From Podarcis muralis (lineage: Eukaryota), in the NCBI RefSeq assembly GCF_964188315.1, contig NC_135658.1:66712001-66776000 (forward strand): 64,000 bases of DNA, given 5' to 3'. Positions 49,276 through 62,526 of this stretch are shown here, one piece after another (the stretch's first letter is position 1; every line of letters starts with the position of its first letter). The position numbers were made by a program, and so were the translations under genes. The notes beneath the pieces are model-generated. The model searched no databases. It saw only the letters and a list, made by a program, of their open reading frames with translations, and had not been told where the DNA came from.

Positions 49276-50377
49276 CTAAGGACAAGAGAAATAATTATGT
49301 TACTAACCATAAGGATGAACCTACTGGCTCAAACATACCTTATTCACATGAGAAAATATGTTTGGTCATAAAAACTGGGTTATACTCTTCCCTTCCCCCC
49401 ATTCCCAGTAATAATAATAATTTTATTATTTATACCCCACCCATCTAGCTGGGTTTCCCCAGCCACTCTGGGCAGCTTCCAACACACATAGAAACAGTGG
49501 ATCTGAATCTGTGATGGTGAGGATTACCAAAGACTTGCCTGACATGGCTGATGGCTATTTTGAAAAACGTTAAACTCTTTTAGGAAAAATAGCTCAGCCT
49601 GCAAAATGATTGCCCATGACATTGATTCCTTTTCATTAATGTGGGCATTAATATGTATATAAATAGCATTCATAAGGGGCTCCTTTTGATGAGAACAGAA
49701 AGGAGGACAGCACATAACATTCAGAGTGACAGCAGCTGAAAGTGCCAGTCCATCTTGTGTTTGGTTTGGCTACATTTCCTGGAGGGATTTCTCCCTGTGC
49801 CCAGTGTTGCTAATTCTGTACCTCTTAGTACAAATCTACCATAGATTGGACAAAAGTCCCTCCTCTGCTGTCTTGCACTTTGCATCAGGGAGAAAAGCCT
49901 CCTTCGGTGCAGTGGAGGTTTCCTTCCTGATGCAAAGAGCAGCTTCAGGTGGGAGCGTAATTTTAATCTAGACCACAGTGGGATGGGGTGTTGAACTTCC
50001 CTTCCTTACCTTCTTACTTGACCCCTGTACAGCTGCTACTGACATTTTTTTAAAAAAGAAGGAACATGCATTTTAATTGCATTCAAACAATGAAAATCAT
50101 ATCTAATTTATCCCTTGTAATTGTGTCGTTTTTGCCTTAGTTCCCAAAGTTAATGACTGTATCATTCAAGAAGGCCAGAACTCCTGCTGAGAAAAGTCAA
50201 AATCCCTGTACCTTCATGTTGAATTAATATCCAATGTTTTCTGGAGGAGATGCTTCAGTGTTTGATACCACTTATGACGCACAAGATTTCACTGGGGGAA
50301 TGGAAATCTGACTGATCTAGTTATTCAGGTGGAAGGGACAAGCATTATTGACATAAGAGAAAATATCCCAAGGGTTA

Positions 50378-50669
50378 TCACATGGAAGATGGAGCAAGAT
50401 TATTTTCTCCTGCTCTGGAGGGTAGGACTCGGACCAATGGATTCAAGTTACAAGAAAGTAGGTTCTCAGAAAGAACTTTCTGGTGGTAAGAGCTGTTCGA
50501 CAATGCAGTGGACACCGTTGGGAGGTGGTGAACTCTCCTTCCCTGGAGGTTTTTAAGCAGAGGTTGGATGGCCATCTGCCATGGATGCTTTAGTTGAAAT
50601 TCCTGCATTGCAGGGGGTTGGACTAGATGACCCTTGGGGTCCCTTCCAACTCTACAGTTCTATGATTCT
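50378..50669 (+). mobile_element. CR1 LINE 3' end
   Basis: Typical CR1 3' sequence ending GGTTGGACTAGATGACC...CCCTTCCAACTCTACAGTTCTATGATTCT. Confidence 0.85.
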
Positions 50670-51275
50670 TGCAGGCAGTAGGCAAAGAAACGCACAACAC
50701 AGTTATGTCACATCACAGGATATCATTCTGAGCAGAAACCTAATGTTCTCCTGCAGTCTGTAGCTTTAGCCTATGAATGAAAAACAGCAGAATCTTTGAA
50801 CTGATTAATCTCCACTGTGACTAGCAGACAGTGAGGCAGTTTGTTAGTTGGAACTGCTGGGTTTTGCTGTGGAATTGTTAAGGTATGAAAGCTTCTTTTC
50901 CCTCCAAGTGCTTGGAGGGAGGGCCTTCCTCATTCAGCAGCACTGTGGGAATGCAGAGTTTGTGACTATTGACCAAGCTGACTGAAGCTGATGCTTGTCC
51001 AACAACTTCTGCAGAACTTCAGGATCCCCATCTCTGGACTAGGGAACCAGTTCATCAGCTGCTACCACCAAACGATTCACTCACCTTTAATGGGCAGAAT
51101 GATAGCTCACATTCCACGTGTTTGGAATTTATTCTCTTCCCTTACAGTATTATACCTTCCCAACCCAGGATGCAGCTCAATAAGACACTGAACAAGTGGT
51201 ATTTTGCCAGTTGTTAATTAACGATGTATGGCTACACAAAATGTCATTTTTAGGGACTGCTACCATAAACACCTG

Positions 51276-51640
51276 AAGGACACGGGTGGCGCTGTGGGTA
51301 AAACCTCAGTGCCTAGGACTTGCCGATCGTATGGTCGGCGGTTCGAATCCCCGCGGCGGGGTGAGCTCCCATCGTTCGGTCCCAGCTCCTGCCCACCTAG
51401 CAGTTCGAAAGCACCTCTAAGTGCAAGTAGATAAATAGGGACCGCTTACTGGCGGGAAGGTAAACGGCGTTTCTGTGCATTGCGCTGGTGCTGGCTCGCC
51501 AGAGCAGCTTCGTCACGCTGGCCACGTGACCCAAAAGTGTCTTCGGACAGTGCTGGCTCCCGGCCTCTTAAGCGAGATGAGCACGCAACCCCAGAGTCGG
51601 TCACGACTGGCCCGTAAGGGCAGGGGTACCTTTACCTTTA
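51276..51640 (+). mobile_element. Sauria SINE, second subfamily type, in GRPR intron 1
   Basis: Head GGTGGCGCTGTGGGTAAAA, tail CAGGGGTACCTTTACCTTT, TSD TACCATAAACACCTG. Confidence 0.93.
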
Positions 51641-52081
51641 CCATAAACACCTGGATATATCCTTTCAGTTCATTGGGCTCCTTTACTATTTTATGATAAA
51701 ACATGGCACTTAATTCCCCACCCCCAGTGCATTCCTATTTTTGTTCAAATCAACTAATTTATGTAAACAATTATCTGTGGTGTCAAATTGCATGTGTGTG
51801 GAACAAATCTCATTTGTGTTTGCTCTAGAAGGCTGTTACTATTTGATCAAGATAAGCACATTCTTAAGAAAATTAATGGGAGTGGGAGAGTCAAGCACTC
51901 ATTCAATGTCTCCCCTGGGGCATAAAAGTGTTTAACTTTGGCTCGATCATACTCACTGCTGCTTAATCCAGATTTTTAATTTTAATTCAGTGGGGAGACT
52001 TCTGTTGTTTGTACACTTCCCAACTGAGCCAAAAAGGTTAAAAAGCAATTATGTTATTGCTTGATGTGTAATTACTGAATA

Positions 52082-52440
52082 AAAGGTAAAGGTACCCCTG
52101 CCCGTACGGGCCAGTCTTGACAGACTCTGGGGTTGTGCGCCCATCTCACTTAAGAGGCCGGGGGCCAGCGCTGTCCAGAGACACTTCCGGGTCACGTGGC
52201 CAGCGTGACAAAGCTGCATCTGGCGAGCCAGCGCAGCACACGGAAACGCCGTTTACCTTCCCGCCAGTAAGCGGTCCCTAATTATCTACTTGCACCCGGG
52301 GGTGCTTTCGAACTGCTAGGTTGGCAGGCGCTGGGACCGAACAACGGGAGCGCACCCCGCCGCGGGGATTCGAACCGCCGACCTTTCGATCAGCAAGCCC
52401 TAGGCGCTGAGGCTTTTACCCACAGCGCCACCCACGTCCC
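52082..52440 (-). mobile_element. Sauria SINE, second subfamily type, in GRPR intron 1
   Basis: Reverse-complement copy; perfect 15-bp TSD TGTAATTACTGAATA (52067-52081 and 52441-52455). Confidence 0.94.
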
Positions 52441-53211
52441 TGTAATTACTGAATAGCTGCTTTTAAAAAATAAAATAGCTGTGCTTTCTGCCTTGCTCTC
52501 CCTCCCATTTAGTAGATTATTTGCTATGTGTGTGCATTTCGTATGGAAGCCCAGAATTAACAAACATGTTCATTGACCAGCAGAAAGGAATATGATGATC
52601 TACGCATAAGCACCTTCAATAGCAACATTTGGCCCAGGACTGGTCTGTTAAGTTGAAGGGACCTGTGTGCAGCAGTTGTTGGTAAGGCAGGGGTGCTTAC
52701 TTGACCTCCCATCACTGCTGTCCCTGTGGTGTACTGGGAGAGCAAAGAGAAAGAGCAAGGCAGCAGCAAGATTGGTGTGGTGCAAACACACCAGGAGAAA
52801 CACTGGATTGGCTCTGCCAATGTGTTTCCACCACACCAACCTCACCACCACTTCACTTGCCCTCCTGGTACACCATGGTCAGGTAAGCAGCAGCATCCTA
52901 CCCATTGCTACTGCCTGTGTACAAGATGAATAGTGGAAGCCCTAGATTGATCAAGTATCAATCATAAGCATCAAGTTTCTTCTGCCTATTTCCACACTCC
53001 TCCGCAATGGGGCAAATCCACTCAGCTCATCAATACTAACCACAAATTGTCTGAAAGACCACAGTGTATGGGTGGTTAGATTTTAACAACCTTTAATCAG
53101 TTCTCCTGAATTAGATAAGGTTTTTTTGTGTGTTCAGTGCTTTTGTACTAGTCAGACAATTGGTTCAATTACTTAAAAAGTCTTTCTCCAGAACTCTAGC
53201 TGAGATGCAGG

Positions 53212-53391
53212 CAGTGGCGTAGCGTGGGTTGTCAGCACCCGGGGCAAGGCAAGTAATTTGCGCCCCCTAACCCATGGATTTGCGCCCCCTAACCCATGGA
53301 TTTGCGCCCCCTAACCTGTCGATTTGCCCTAACCCCAGATGTTGCACCCGGTGCGGCCAGGCCCCCCTGCACCCCCCACGCTACCCCACTG
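53212..53391. mobile_element. hAT-type MITE, 180 bp
   Basis: Same family; perfect 8-bp TSD GATGCAGG. Confidence 0.9.
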
Positions 53392-54448
53392 GATGCAGGT
53401 GGACAGTATGGGGATGACCCTTATAAGAAATATTCAGAAACCTCTGCAATAGCTACTGTTTAGCTCAGAGGAAACATGAGCAAAAAGGCTGCTTTGGTAA
53501 TATAAACTTACCCAGTTCCTGAGTCAATTCTGTCCTGCACCTCTTTCAGTTAATATCACATCCTAAATGCATGTTAATAGCTGCTCTTTGCTGTGGTAGT
53601 TTCAGAAATCAGTCAGATATCTGGGAGTTAACATCAACTGAGTGAAACGTTTGGACGTGGTCTGTTCCCAGCCAAACATACAAATAACCAAATAAAACAA
53701 TAATACATCCCAGGTTGTAGTATGATTTTGGGATAATAGAATTTTGGAGACATGCTGAATTTTTACAACGCATCTTAAAAAGATCCAGCAGTTCATCTTC
53801 AGTTAGCCACTACCTACAAGTATGATTGTTTGTCTTGGCACTGATTTTGAAACTGAGGGTGGATTTGCATGGGTGGACAGTAATATAAGCTAGTCTGAAT
53901 CCACCTCCAACCACTTTCTTCCTACAAGGAAAATTATGGTTGCAATCACCTCAGGGTGAAAGCAACAGTGGTTGCCAAAATCAGCTTGTAGAAAAGAGAA
54001 AAATGCCCAGGTGAGTCACTCTGGAAGTTGATGGCTTAAGTGAGTACGTTCCTAGTTACCTGGACCAAGACAAAGAAGTTGCTATAGTAACTGATTTAGT
54101 TCACAGTGACATAAAGCGTAGCTAGTCAGGAATGACGATGGGCAAATACGGAGCTGGAGAAACTTATAGTAGATAGAGAAGTGTAATTGCTGGAATCCTT
54201 GCAGAGGCTAACAAAGAACATTATGAGAAACCTTCAACCAAGCACTGTACTTACAGATAAGCAGCCCAAACTCATCTGAAATGTTTCATGTGATATGCTG
54301 TACAACCTTTGAAGCTACACTTCTGGTTCTGTTCCCTAGTTCCATGTGCATGTTTTTATTATTTACCATCAGAATTTATGGCCACTGAAATCCCTGATAT
54401 AGATGCATTGAGATGGTAACTAATTGGTGGGATTTACTTGGGAAACCA

Positions 54449-54931
54449 GCAGAGACATCACCTTGCCAACAAAGGTCCGTATAGTTAAAGCCATGGTTTT
54501 CCAGTAGTGATGTATGGAAGTGAAAGCTGGACCATAAAGAAGGCTGATCGCCGAAGAATTGATGCTTTTGAATTATGGTGCTGGAGGAGACTCTTGAGAG
54601 TCCTATGGACTGCAAGAAGATCAAACGCATCCATTCTTAAGGAAATCAGCCCTGAGTGCTCACTGGAAGGACAGATCGTGAAGCTGAGGCTCCAATACTT
54701 TGGCCACCTCATGAGAAGAGAAGACTCCCTGGAAAAGACCCTGATGTTGGGAAAGATGGAGGGCACAAGGAGAAGGGGACGACAGAAGACGAGATGGTTG
54801 GACAGTGTTCTTGAAGCTACAAACATGAGTCTGACCAAAGTGCGGGAGGCAGTGGAAGACAGGAGTGCCTGGCGTGCTCTGGTCCATGTGGTCACAAAGA
54901 GTCGGACACGACTAAACGACTAAACAACAGC
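54449..54931 (+). mobile_element. 5'-truncated BovB/RTE LINE (3' end)
   Basis: Translation MYGSESWTIKKADRRRIDAFELWCWRRLLRV..LQYFGHLMRREDSLEKTLMLGKMEGTRRRGRQKTRWLD is the RTE/BovB C-terminus. Tail GGACACGACTAAACGACTAAACAAC; 13-bp TSD ACTTGGGAAACCA (54436-54448 and 54932-54944). Confidence 0.94.
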
Positions 54932-55428
54932 ACTTGGGAAACCATATTTGGGTACTGAAGAACCCTATTTTCCCCTGGCATCCTGCTAAATAAAGCAAAT
55001 TCCAACACTAGCATTCATGGGGCTTCATTTTTATATAAATAATAATAATCTAAAACTTAAGACAGATTATTTGAGTTATGAATCTCAAAGGACTCACAAC
55101 CCTTAGAATATCCCAAAGAACATTAGGAATCGTGAGAAGCTACTAGTGAATATGATATATCTTGAAACATTTATCATGAAACATTCTCCCCGAGGAGAAA
55201 TAGAATATCTGAAGAAAAATGCAGCAAATATCAAGCCGGGAACCAGGATGCCTCTGTCCAATGTGTGAGACCCTGCTCTCTTCCAGTGTTTCATGTGTGC
55301 AGACACACATCCCTAAAGAGACAGAGAGATGGACAGAAATATGCCACTCCACATAGTGGTAATGCCAAGATTACTGCCTTGCAGCAAGAGCCCATTTAGC
55401 AAGGCTGCTCTTCTCTCTAGCATATTTA

Positions 55429-55771
55429 GGTAAAGGTAAAGGGACCCCTGACCATTAGGTCCAGTCGTGACCGACTCTGGGGTTGCGGCGCTCATCTCGC
55501 TTTATTGGCCGAGGGAGCCGGCGTACAGCTTCCGGGTCATGTGGCCAGCATGACTAAGCCGCTTCTGGCGAACCAGAGCAGCGCACGGAAATGCCGTTTA
55601 CCTTCCCGCTGGAGCGGTACCTATTTATCTACTTGCACTTTGACATGCTTTCGAACTGCTAGGTGGGCAGGAGCAGGGACCGAGCAACGGGAGTTCACCC
55701 CGTCACGGGGATTCGAACCGCCGACCTTCTGATCAGCAAGCCCTAGGCTCTGTGGTTTAACCCACAGCGCC
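55429..55771 (-). mobile_element. Sauria SINE, slightly 5'-truncated
   Basis: Colinear with the other copies; (AAAGGT)n tail at the left end. Confidence 0.92.
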
Positions 55772-56608
55772 ATTTAGCAGAGTGATTAATCCAATCTCAG
55801 TCCCAAGCAATGTCAGCTAATAAGTGCAGCAAATGTTCTGCACAGAACCCACAAACAAGTGGCCTCTCAAAACTCACAGTCCAACATTATCAGCAATTAA
55901 TATCCAGGACTCAACGTCCTGCTCTTTTTCAAAGTTCAGACACAGGTTCCCTTGGAGATGGCTTGAGTTGGCCTCAATTAAAAAAAATATGTAATCTATT
56001 CAGTAAATCTATTAATATTATTCTTGTAGGACCTTAGCAGAAGCAGGGTGTTCATCTGCCCGTGTGCTTTTTTGTGTGTGTATGCTATTTAAAGAAAGAT
56101 TGTACTACTAGAAATTCTACAGATTGGAAGTTGCTGCCATGATAAATGCTTTTTTCCAGGTTACTGTTTACCTGGAAAGGCAAGAACACAGTGGAAGACT
56201 GATGCAGGTATGCAGTTATAAACATTATGATCCAAATGTTTCCTAGAACAGGAGAGTGGGCTACAAACATTTGCATTACTGGAGAGAAATGTCATCTTGA
56301 GCGATGTCGCATATAAAAATATATCCCTGCGAACGGAAAAGAACTACTTGTGACTTCGTCAAGTTCCTTATTTATTTGATCGTACAGACCCTTCTCATCC
56401 AGTACAGCCACCGCTATCAGCTGATAATACAGGATAACCTTATGGTGAGTTTGGTCCAGATTTCCTCGTGCTTTGAAAAGTACAAAAGTTTGGAAGAATG
56501 GATGCCCTCTTTCAGAATATTTTTAAAAATATTATAGTATGAGGAATTCGTGAGCAGGATTTGAGATATGAGCAACAGAAGTAATTAGGTTATAATATTG
56601 TAGTTGTA

Positions 56609-56961
56609 GGGACGCAGGTGGTGCTGTGGGTTAAACGACAGAGCCTAGGACTTGCCAATCAGAAGGTCACGGTTCAAATCCCCACGACGGGGTGAGTTCC
56701 CGTTGCTCGGTCCCAGCTCCTGCCAACCTAGCAGTTCGAAAGCACGTCAAAGTGCAAGTAGATAAATAGGTACCGCTCCGGCGGGAAGGTAAATGGCACT
56801 TCCGTGCACTGCTCTGGTTCACCAGAAGTGGCTTAGTCATGCTGGCCACATGACCTGGAAGCTGTACGCTGGCTCCCTCAGCCAATAAGGCGAGATGAGC
56901 GCCGCAACCCCAGAGTCGGTGACGACTGGACCTAATGGTCAGGGGTCCCTTTACCTTTACC
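56609..56961 (+). mobile_element. Sauria SINE
   Basis: Full head and tail; TSD ATTGTAGTTGT (56597-56607 and 56963-56973). Confidence 0.93.
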
Positions 56962-58759
56962 AATTGTAGTTGTGATTTAATAGATAGAAGATAGGGTGCA
57001 GCAAAAGGAAGGGGAGAACAACTCCATGGAAAACGGGCAAGAAGTTGGTAAAAATAAGAGAAAACAATGGGACAGAGCGATGGGGAAATTTCTGGAGCAA
57101 CAATGGGATATCAGCTTCACCCAAGTCTCATGCTCTACCAACTGAGCTACATGCAGTAATTTAAGCAAGTGAAGTTCTTTCAGTGTTTCTAATTTGAATT
57201 CTGTGGACATCTTTGAATTCCTTTCACCCTTCAAAAGGTCTGCTGCCGATGACCATCCAATCATGAGTGCCCACAAACATGGTGCAGGATGTGGACACTG
57301 AATATCAAAAACAGTATCTTGCAGAAATGCTTGCCTGAAGCCTGCCACCAGGATGCAAAAGAATTTTGTTTGGCCTGCATTTTTAAGCAAGCTGACTTAA
57401 TTCACACCTCCTAGAGGTGATATACAGAACTAGCCTGCAGGTTTTACACTTCTCCGAATTTTGAAATGCAGCACTTGGCTCAAGGAAATGTACCCAAATG
57501 TGTAAGGCATGTGCATTTTGGGATAAAATGCTTTAGAAATGCATACATGAAGGGGGGGAATCCACACTGAAATAAATATTTAGTGATAAAATGCAAAATA
57601 TTTATTTAAATTCATATTTAAATCTGAAATTTTGTATGGATCCCCCTATGCAAGACCGTTTTTAGTATACAAATATCAGTATAGTATAAAACAATACATA
57701 ACACGTAACAAAGAAACAAAAGATAAGTGTCCATCATATTGTAGTATTGTAATATTTTGTAATAATTTTAATTTTTTCCAATGTTTAGTCCTTGGGGCCT
57801 TTTCTCCAGGGAAGTCTGTGTGTAGAGGGTTACAAACGAATTTTTAAGAATTATATATTTAAGTGTGCAACAATGTAAAAATGAGATGGTAGCACCTTAC
57901 GAAGAAACGCATGCTAGGTAGACACATCCTTACGGGTAACTGCCACATGTCAGCTGCTCATGTTTTGTAGATCCTTATTTTCACCACCCCTCGTATTTCT
58001 AGCTCTTTTTGGCCAGAAATCATTAATTTCTATAATTATAGGGTTATTATTTCATAAGCGGCTCAGGGAGCACAATGTTCAACAATCTGATGTGTTTCCA
58101 TTCACTCTGTCAGTGGGCTGCTGCAGTATGCCCTGTGCTATTTAAAGCCTTTTCAGAGGGATTATTTCCCTTAATGACTTAACTGCTAGTGATTTATTTT
58201 GATATGTCATTTTCTTACGCAGAACATAGACAGATGCGCTGAAAAGGAAATTCGGCCTATGTTCCCAGTTGGAGCTGGAGAGAATACAAAGCACAGAAAA
58301 CTGCCCACTGCTGCCAGGATTGATCTAAGCAAGAATCAGAGTTCATAACGAGGTACAATTATACAGAATGAGAGCTGCAGATTCATTGAGGCATTTATGC
58401 AGGGAACTGTGTGAAACAGCATTTAGGCTTGCCTTTATCTTCCTCTGCCCTGTGATTGGTCCTTCTGTTCTCAGGAACTACCGATCAGCAAGGACCAGGG
58501 GTGCCAACTTGAATAATCGATCATCAACTTGGTGGGGAAGGGGTTGGCTCCCTCAAATATGTTATTAGGGGTGAAGCAAAGGGACTTTGGTCCCTAGGAG
58601 TTGGCTCCTATGGTGAGGACTGTGATATATGGTCTGGTAATTTGGAGGTAGAGTTCAGATCCTTTCTTCCATGCCGCTAACTCAGGAGGTAATCCTAATC
58701 TCCAATCAGTTGTGGTCTGATAGAGCAGCGCAGCCAGTGTCAAATTCACAGCCCAGGTT

Positions 58760-59037
58760 TCATAGAATTGTAGAGTTTGAAGGGATACTGAGGATCATGT
58801 AACCCAGAGATGGCCAAACTTGGCCCTCCAGCTGTTTTGGGACTACAATTCCCATCATCCCTGACCACTGATCCTGTTAGCTAGGGATGATGGGAGTCGT
58901 AGTCCCAAAACAGCTGGAGGGCCAAGTTTGGCCATCACTGATTCTAACCCCACCCCCTGCAATGCAGGAAAATGCAGCTGTCCCATATGGGTATTGAACT
59001 GCAACCTTGATGTTATCAGCACCATGCTCTAACCAGC
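58760..59037 (-). mobile_element. SINE with a tRNA-like head and CR1 tail, interrupted by a palindromic MITE
   Basis: Head GCTGGTTAGAGCATGGTGCTGATAAC at the right end; CR1 tail at the left end. Confidence 0.7.
58805..58940. mobile_element. Near-perfect palindromic MITE
   Basis: Long inverted arms; same family as 59343-59478; TSD unclear. Confidence 0.8.
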
Positions 59038-59342
59038 AAAGCAAAAAGGCCCAACAGGGACTGCTGCTGTCACATAATGGCAGTAGGGTCCACACAGGAT
59101 CCAGCAGATTCTGCACCACCTTACTCCCTTTTTGAGGGACTGTGCTGGCTGCTGCCATCAGGGCTGCTGCCACAGATTGCTTCTACCTGGCCAATATTTG
59201 GGCATTTGGTGTGCTCTTGTGTGGTGGAGCTGTTTTGCCAGTGGTCAAGCTCTCCTGCTGATGGGGGAAAGGCAGAAGAATACACAGTGGAATCCTTCAC
59301 CTATAGTAGGTATAATCTTCATCACAAAGTTATTCTCAAGAT

Positions 59343-59478
59343 CTCGCATAGGTAAACTCGGCCCTCCAGATGTTTGGGGACTACAATTCCCATCATCCCT
59401 GACCACTGGTCCTGTTAGCTAGGGGTGATGGGAGTTGTAGTCCCAAAACATCTGGAGGGTTGAGTTTACCTATGCCTG
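59343..59478. mobile_element. Near-perfect palindromic hAT-type MITE
   Basis: Long inverted arms; perfect 8-bp TSD CTCAAGAT. Confidence 0.85.
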
Positions 59479-60647
59479 CTCAAGATGCTCAAGAGCAGAT
59501 GTAGAGAAGTGGCTAAAGAATCTGAGGTTTTGGGGTAAATGTAATAATATAATAATGTAGTAGTAGGCATGTTCTATGACAACCCCAGTCTTAAATTATG
59601 TCCTTTTGCACAGCCTCCTGAGCAAGCCAGTGATGAAATAGCCAACACAGAAGCCCCTTACTGCTGTCCCACCACCTGCTGAAACACAGGGAGCATTGGT
59701 GAGTGATAGGACCTTCTCAGTGGTGGCACCGCATCTTTGGAAAGGCCTTTCCTCCAAGATGGCTCTGATGTTGACGTTGTTTACCTTTTGATGATGGTTA
59801 AAGACACATCTCCTTTGCCCTGGTCTTTAATATGCTTCTTTTGCTATCACTTGCTGTTTATCTGTATCTTGTTCAGTTTTAGCTGTTGTTATATATTCCT
59901 TATGTAATATTGTCGTTTGTGCACAAGGCATTATTAATTTGCACTTTTTTCTACTGTTGGGTTTTATTTTGCACTTAAAGCTTTGTTCTACTGTATGTGT
60001 ATCCTGCCTCGGGACCATTTGATGAAGGGAGGAATTATAAATCAAATTTATAATAATATTGATGCTAATGCCACCACTCATCATCATCATCTTTCTCCAG
60101 CTGGTATATTTTATGAGGAACGAGACAATGTGTTGCAATTCCATTCAGTACTTATCTGGTGCAGTGAAGCTCCAGCTCATAATCAGGATTGATAGGCACC
60201 TACAAACAACACCCGGTGCCCATATAATTGTACCTGTTTCTCATTCTTAAATATATATTTTTCCTTCCTAGCTAGCTGCAACCTCTGCAGCCCTTTGGCT
60301 GACCTCACCAAATGCCCTTTGCTTTGGTCATGGATAAACGTGCTGCTCAAAACAGCTCTGAGTTTGCTGCACTTGAACCATCTGCTCTCACTCAGCATCT
60401 CTGGCTGTTTGCACTGCATGGTGGAGATGGGCAGGGGAGCTGAAGAAATGCGCACTGTAAACAGGGATGTAATGAAGTCTTCTGCTGTATTGACAGAGTG
60501 GCAAGCAACCCAGGATGTTTAAGATTCTGTGGATTCATCATATCTAGCTATACACACACACAAGGCACAGAGTACGATAGGCCCTATTCAGAAGCAATCT
60601 CCAGGAAACAACTTTCTAGGAAAGCAGTCCAGCTGCCTTTCTAATTA

Positions 60648-60889
60648 CAGTGGTACCCCTGGTTACGTACTCAATTCGTTCCAGAGGTCCATTCTTAACC
60701 TGAAACTGTTCTTAACCTGAAGCCCCACTTTAGCTAATGGGGCCTCCTGCTGCAGCCGCGCCGCCGGAGCACGATTTCTGTTCTCATCCTGAAGCAAAGT
60801 TCTTAACCCGAGGTACTATTTCTGGGTTAGCAGAGTCTGTAACTTGAAGCGTATGTAACCTGAAGTGTATGTAACCCAAGGTACCACTG
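60648..60889. mobile_element. Tc1/mariner-type MITE
   Basis: CAGTGGTACC..GGTACCACTG, TA on both sides. Confidence 0.88.
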
Positions 60890-61005
60890 TATTGTGTATG
60901 CACACATAGGAGAGACTGAGGTTTGGTGTTTTGTATTGCTTTGTTTTATAGGAGGGTATTTGCCCAAGAAGTTTTGATGGCTTTTGGTAGACTGTTCATA
61001 TTACT

Positions 61006-61370
61006 CATACCCTCCAACATTTCTCCAGTGAAATTAGGGACATCCTATCCATACCTTCCAACATTCCTCTGATGAAAATAGGGGAATAGTCTAGAAGAAG
61101 AAAAGCCAGAATTCACCAGGAACACCTTCCTCATTCTCTTAAAATGCCAATGGCACCCACCTGGGAAATGCCGGAACTGAGTTCAGGTGAGTGCCATGTG
61201 AAAAAAATCCTGAGGGTTGGGGCAGCCTATTCCATATCCTCCAACATTTCTCTGATGCAAATAGGGATGTCCTAAGAAAAAGTGGGACATTCCAGGATCA
61301 AATCAGAAACCGGGATGGCTTCTGTAGATCTGGGATTCTACCTGGAAAATAGAGACACTTGGAGGGTCTG
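61006..61370. repeat. MITE-like repeat with three ~37-bp internal modules
   Basis: Module ATAC/TCCTCCAACATTTCTC..ATGAAAATAGGG near 61007, 61050 and 61232; ends CATACCCTCCAA / TTGGAGGGTCTG are roughly inverted. Confidence 0.5.
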
Positions 61371-61377
61371 TTACTGC

Positions 61378-61536
61378 CAGTGGCGTAGCATGGGTTGTCA
61401 GCACCCGGGGCAAGGCAAGTAATTTGCGCCCCCTAACCCGTGGATTTGCGCCCCCTAACCCGTGGATTTGCCCTAACCCCAGATGTTGCGCCCGGTGCGG
61501 CCGCCCCCCCCCTGCACCCCCCACGCTACACCACTG
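61378..61536. mobile_element. hAT-type MITE, 159 bp
   Basis: Same family; perfect 8-bp TSD GTTACTGC. Confidence 0.9.
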
Positions 61537-62526
61537 GTTACTGCATTTATATATCACCTTATTTCCACTGAGCTCAGTGCAGTGTGCATGGTTTTTTTCT
61601 GCTTTTGCTTTCACCACAGCCCTGTGAGGTGGGTTAAGCAGAGAGAGTGCACCTGGTCCAAGGTCAACCAATGAGCTTCACTGCCAAGTTCTGGTCTGAT
61701 AGGCCAACAGTTTGAACCCTGCCAATGTACTGCACTGCCTTGGTGGAGGGTGATGTCATGCTTTGCCTACCTGCCGAGCTGATTCCCCCAGCTGAACGTA
61801 TACATGTGGGTTGTAGTTTCCCACATGTGCTGTATACATGCAACACATGCACAGAGCGGCAGATTAGCAATGGAGACCTTAAAAAAAAAAAAAAAACCCT
61901 GGGGAATTAATAACTATTCTTGTAATTCAGAAGCAGGAAGCAATCAAATTGGTATCAGCTTGAAAAGGCAAACTCCTAGACATTTTTACAGCTTCACAAT
62001 ATTGATTCTCTGCTGTGTGTCCACTACGAAACAGGTGGTCTGTGCCATGGGCTATTACACTTGCTAAGAGGTGAGAGGGTGACTGAGTTCATGCACCGCT
62101 GCTCCCTCCTGATCAGGTAACCACCGTTTTTCATGTTGACACAGTACAAAGCATTTATCTGTCAGGACTCCGGGGGGGTTCTTGTGCAAAGCTGGGTGTT
62201 CAAAGCCTGAACAATGCTCTCTGGATGGGCTCTGTACCTCTCTCAGAAATCTTAATCAGCACCATTTGGGCACTAGATGTTGGCAAAATGTATTCCTTCC
62301 CTCTCCCCACATCCCGATAAATTATTGGCCTCACAGCACTTGAAACGCTTCAGATACTGGAAGTATCTGGTAGAATACTGAAAGGGTTATCTGTCCCGAA
62401 CCTTCTAACAGTCAGTATCATTGGATGCCCATGAGTTCTAGCCTTATGAAGGAGAAAAGGCTCCTCCCAGGTAAATGCTGCAGATCCTTTACTGCAACTC
62501 TCTGCCCTACTCCCAAGCCAGGCTTA

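Noticed and set aside
46169-49310. ORF-track entries 46169..46555 and 48870..49310 as standalone genes, or as NMBR/BRS3
   Set aside because: They are exons bounded by splice sites, and their extra ends are intronic. Residues such as [20 protein letters not shown] and SKSFRKQF fit GRPR rather than the paralogues.
58223-58352. Exon-like plus-strand segment with acceptor ttttcttacgcAG and donor GAG|GTACAA; similar isolated donors near 34196, 37220 and 56445
   Set aside because: All three frames contain stops and no chain or product can be supported. An antisense lncRNA cannot be excluded without RNA data.
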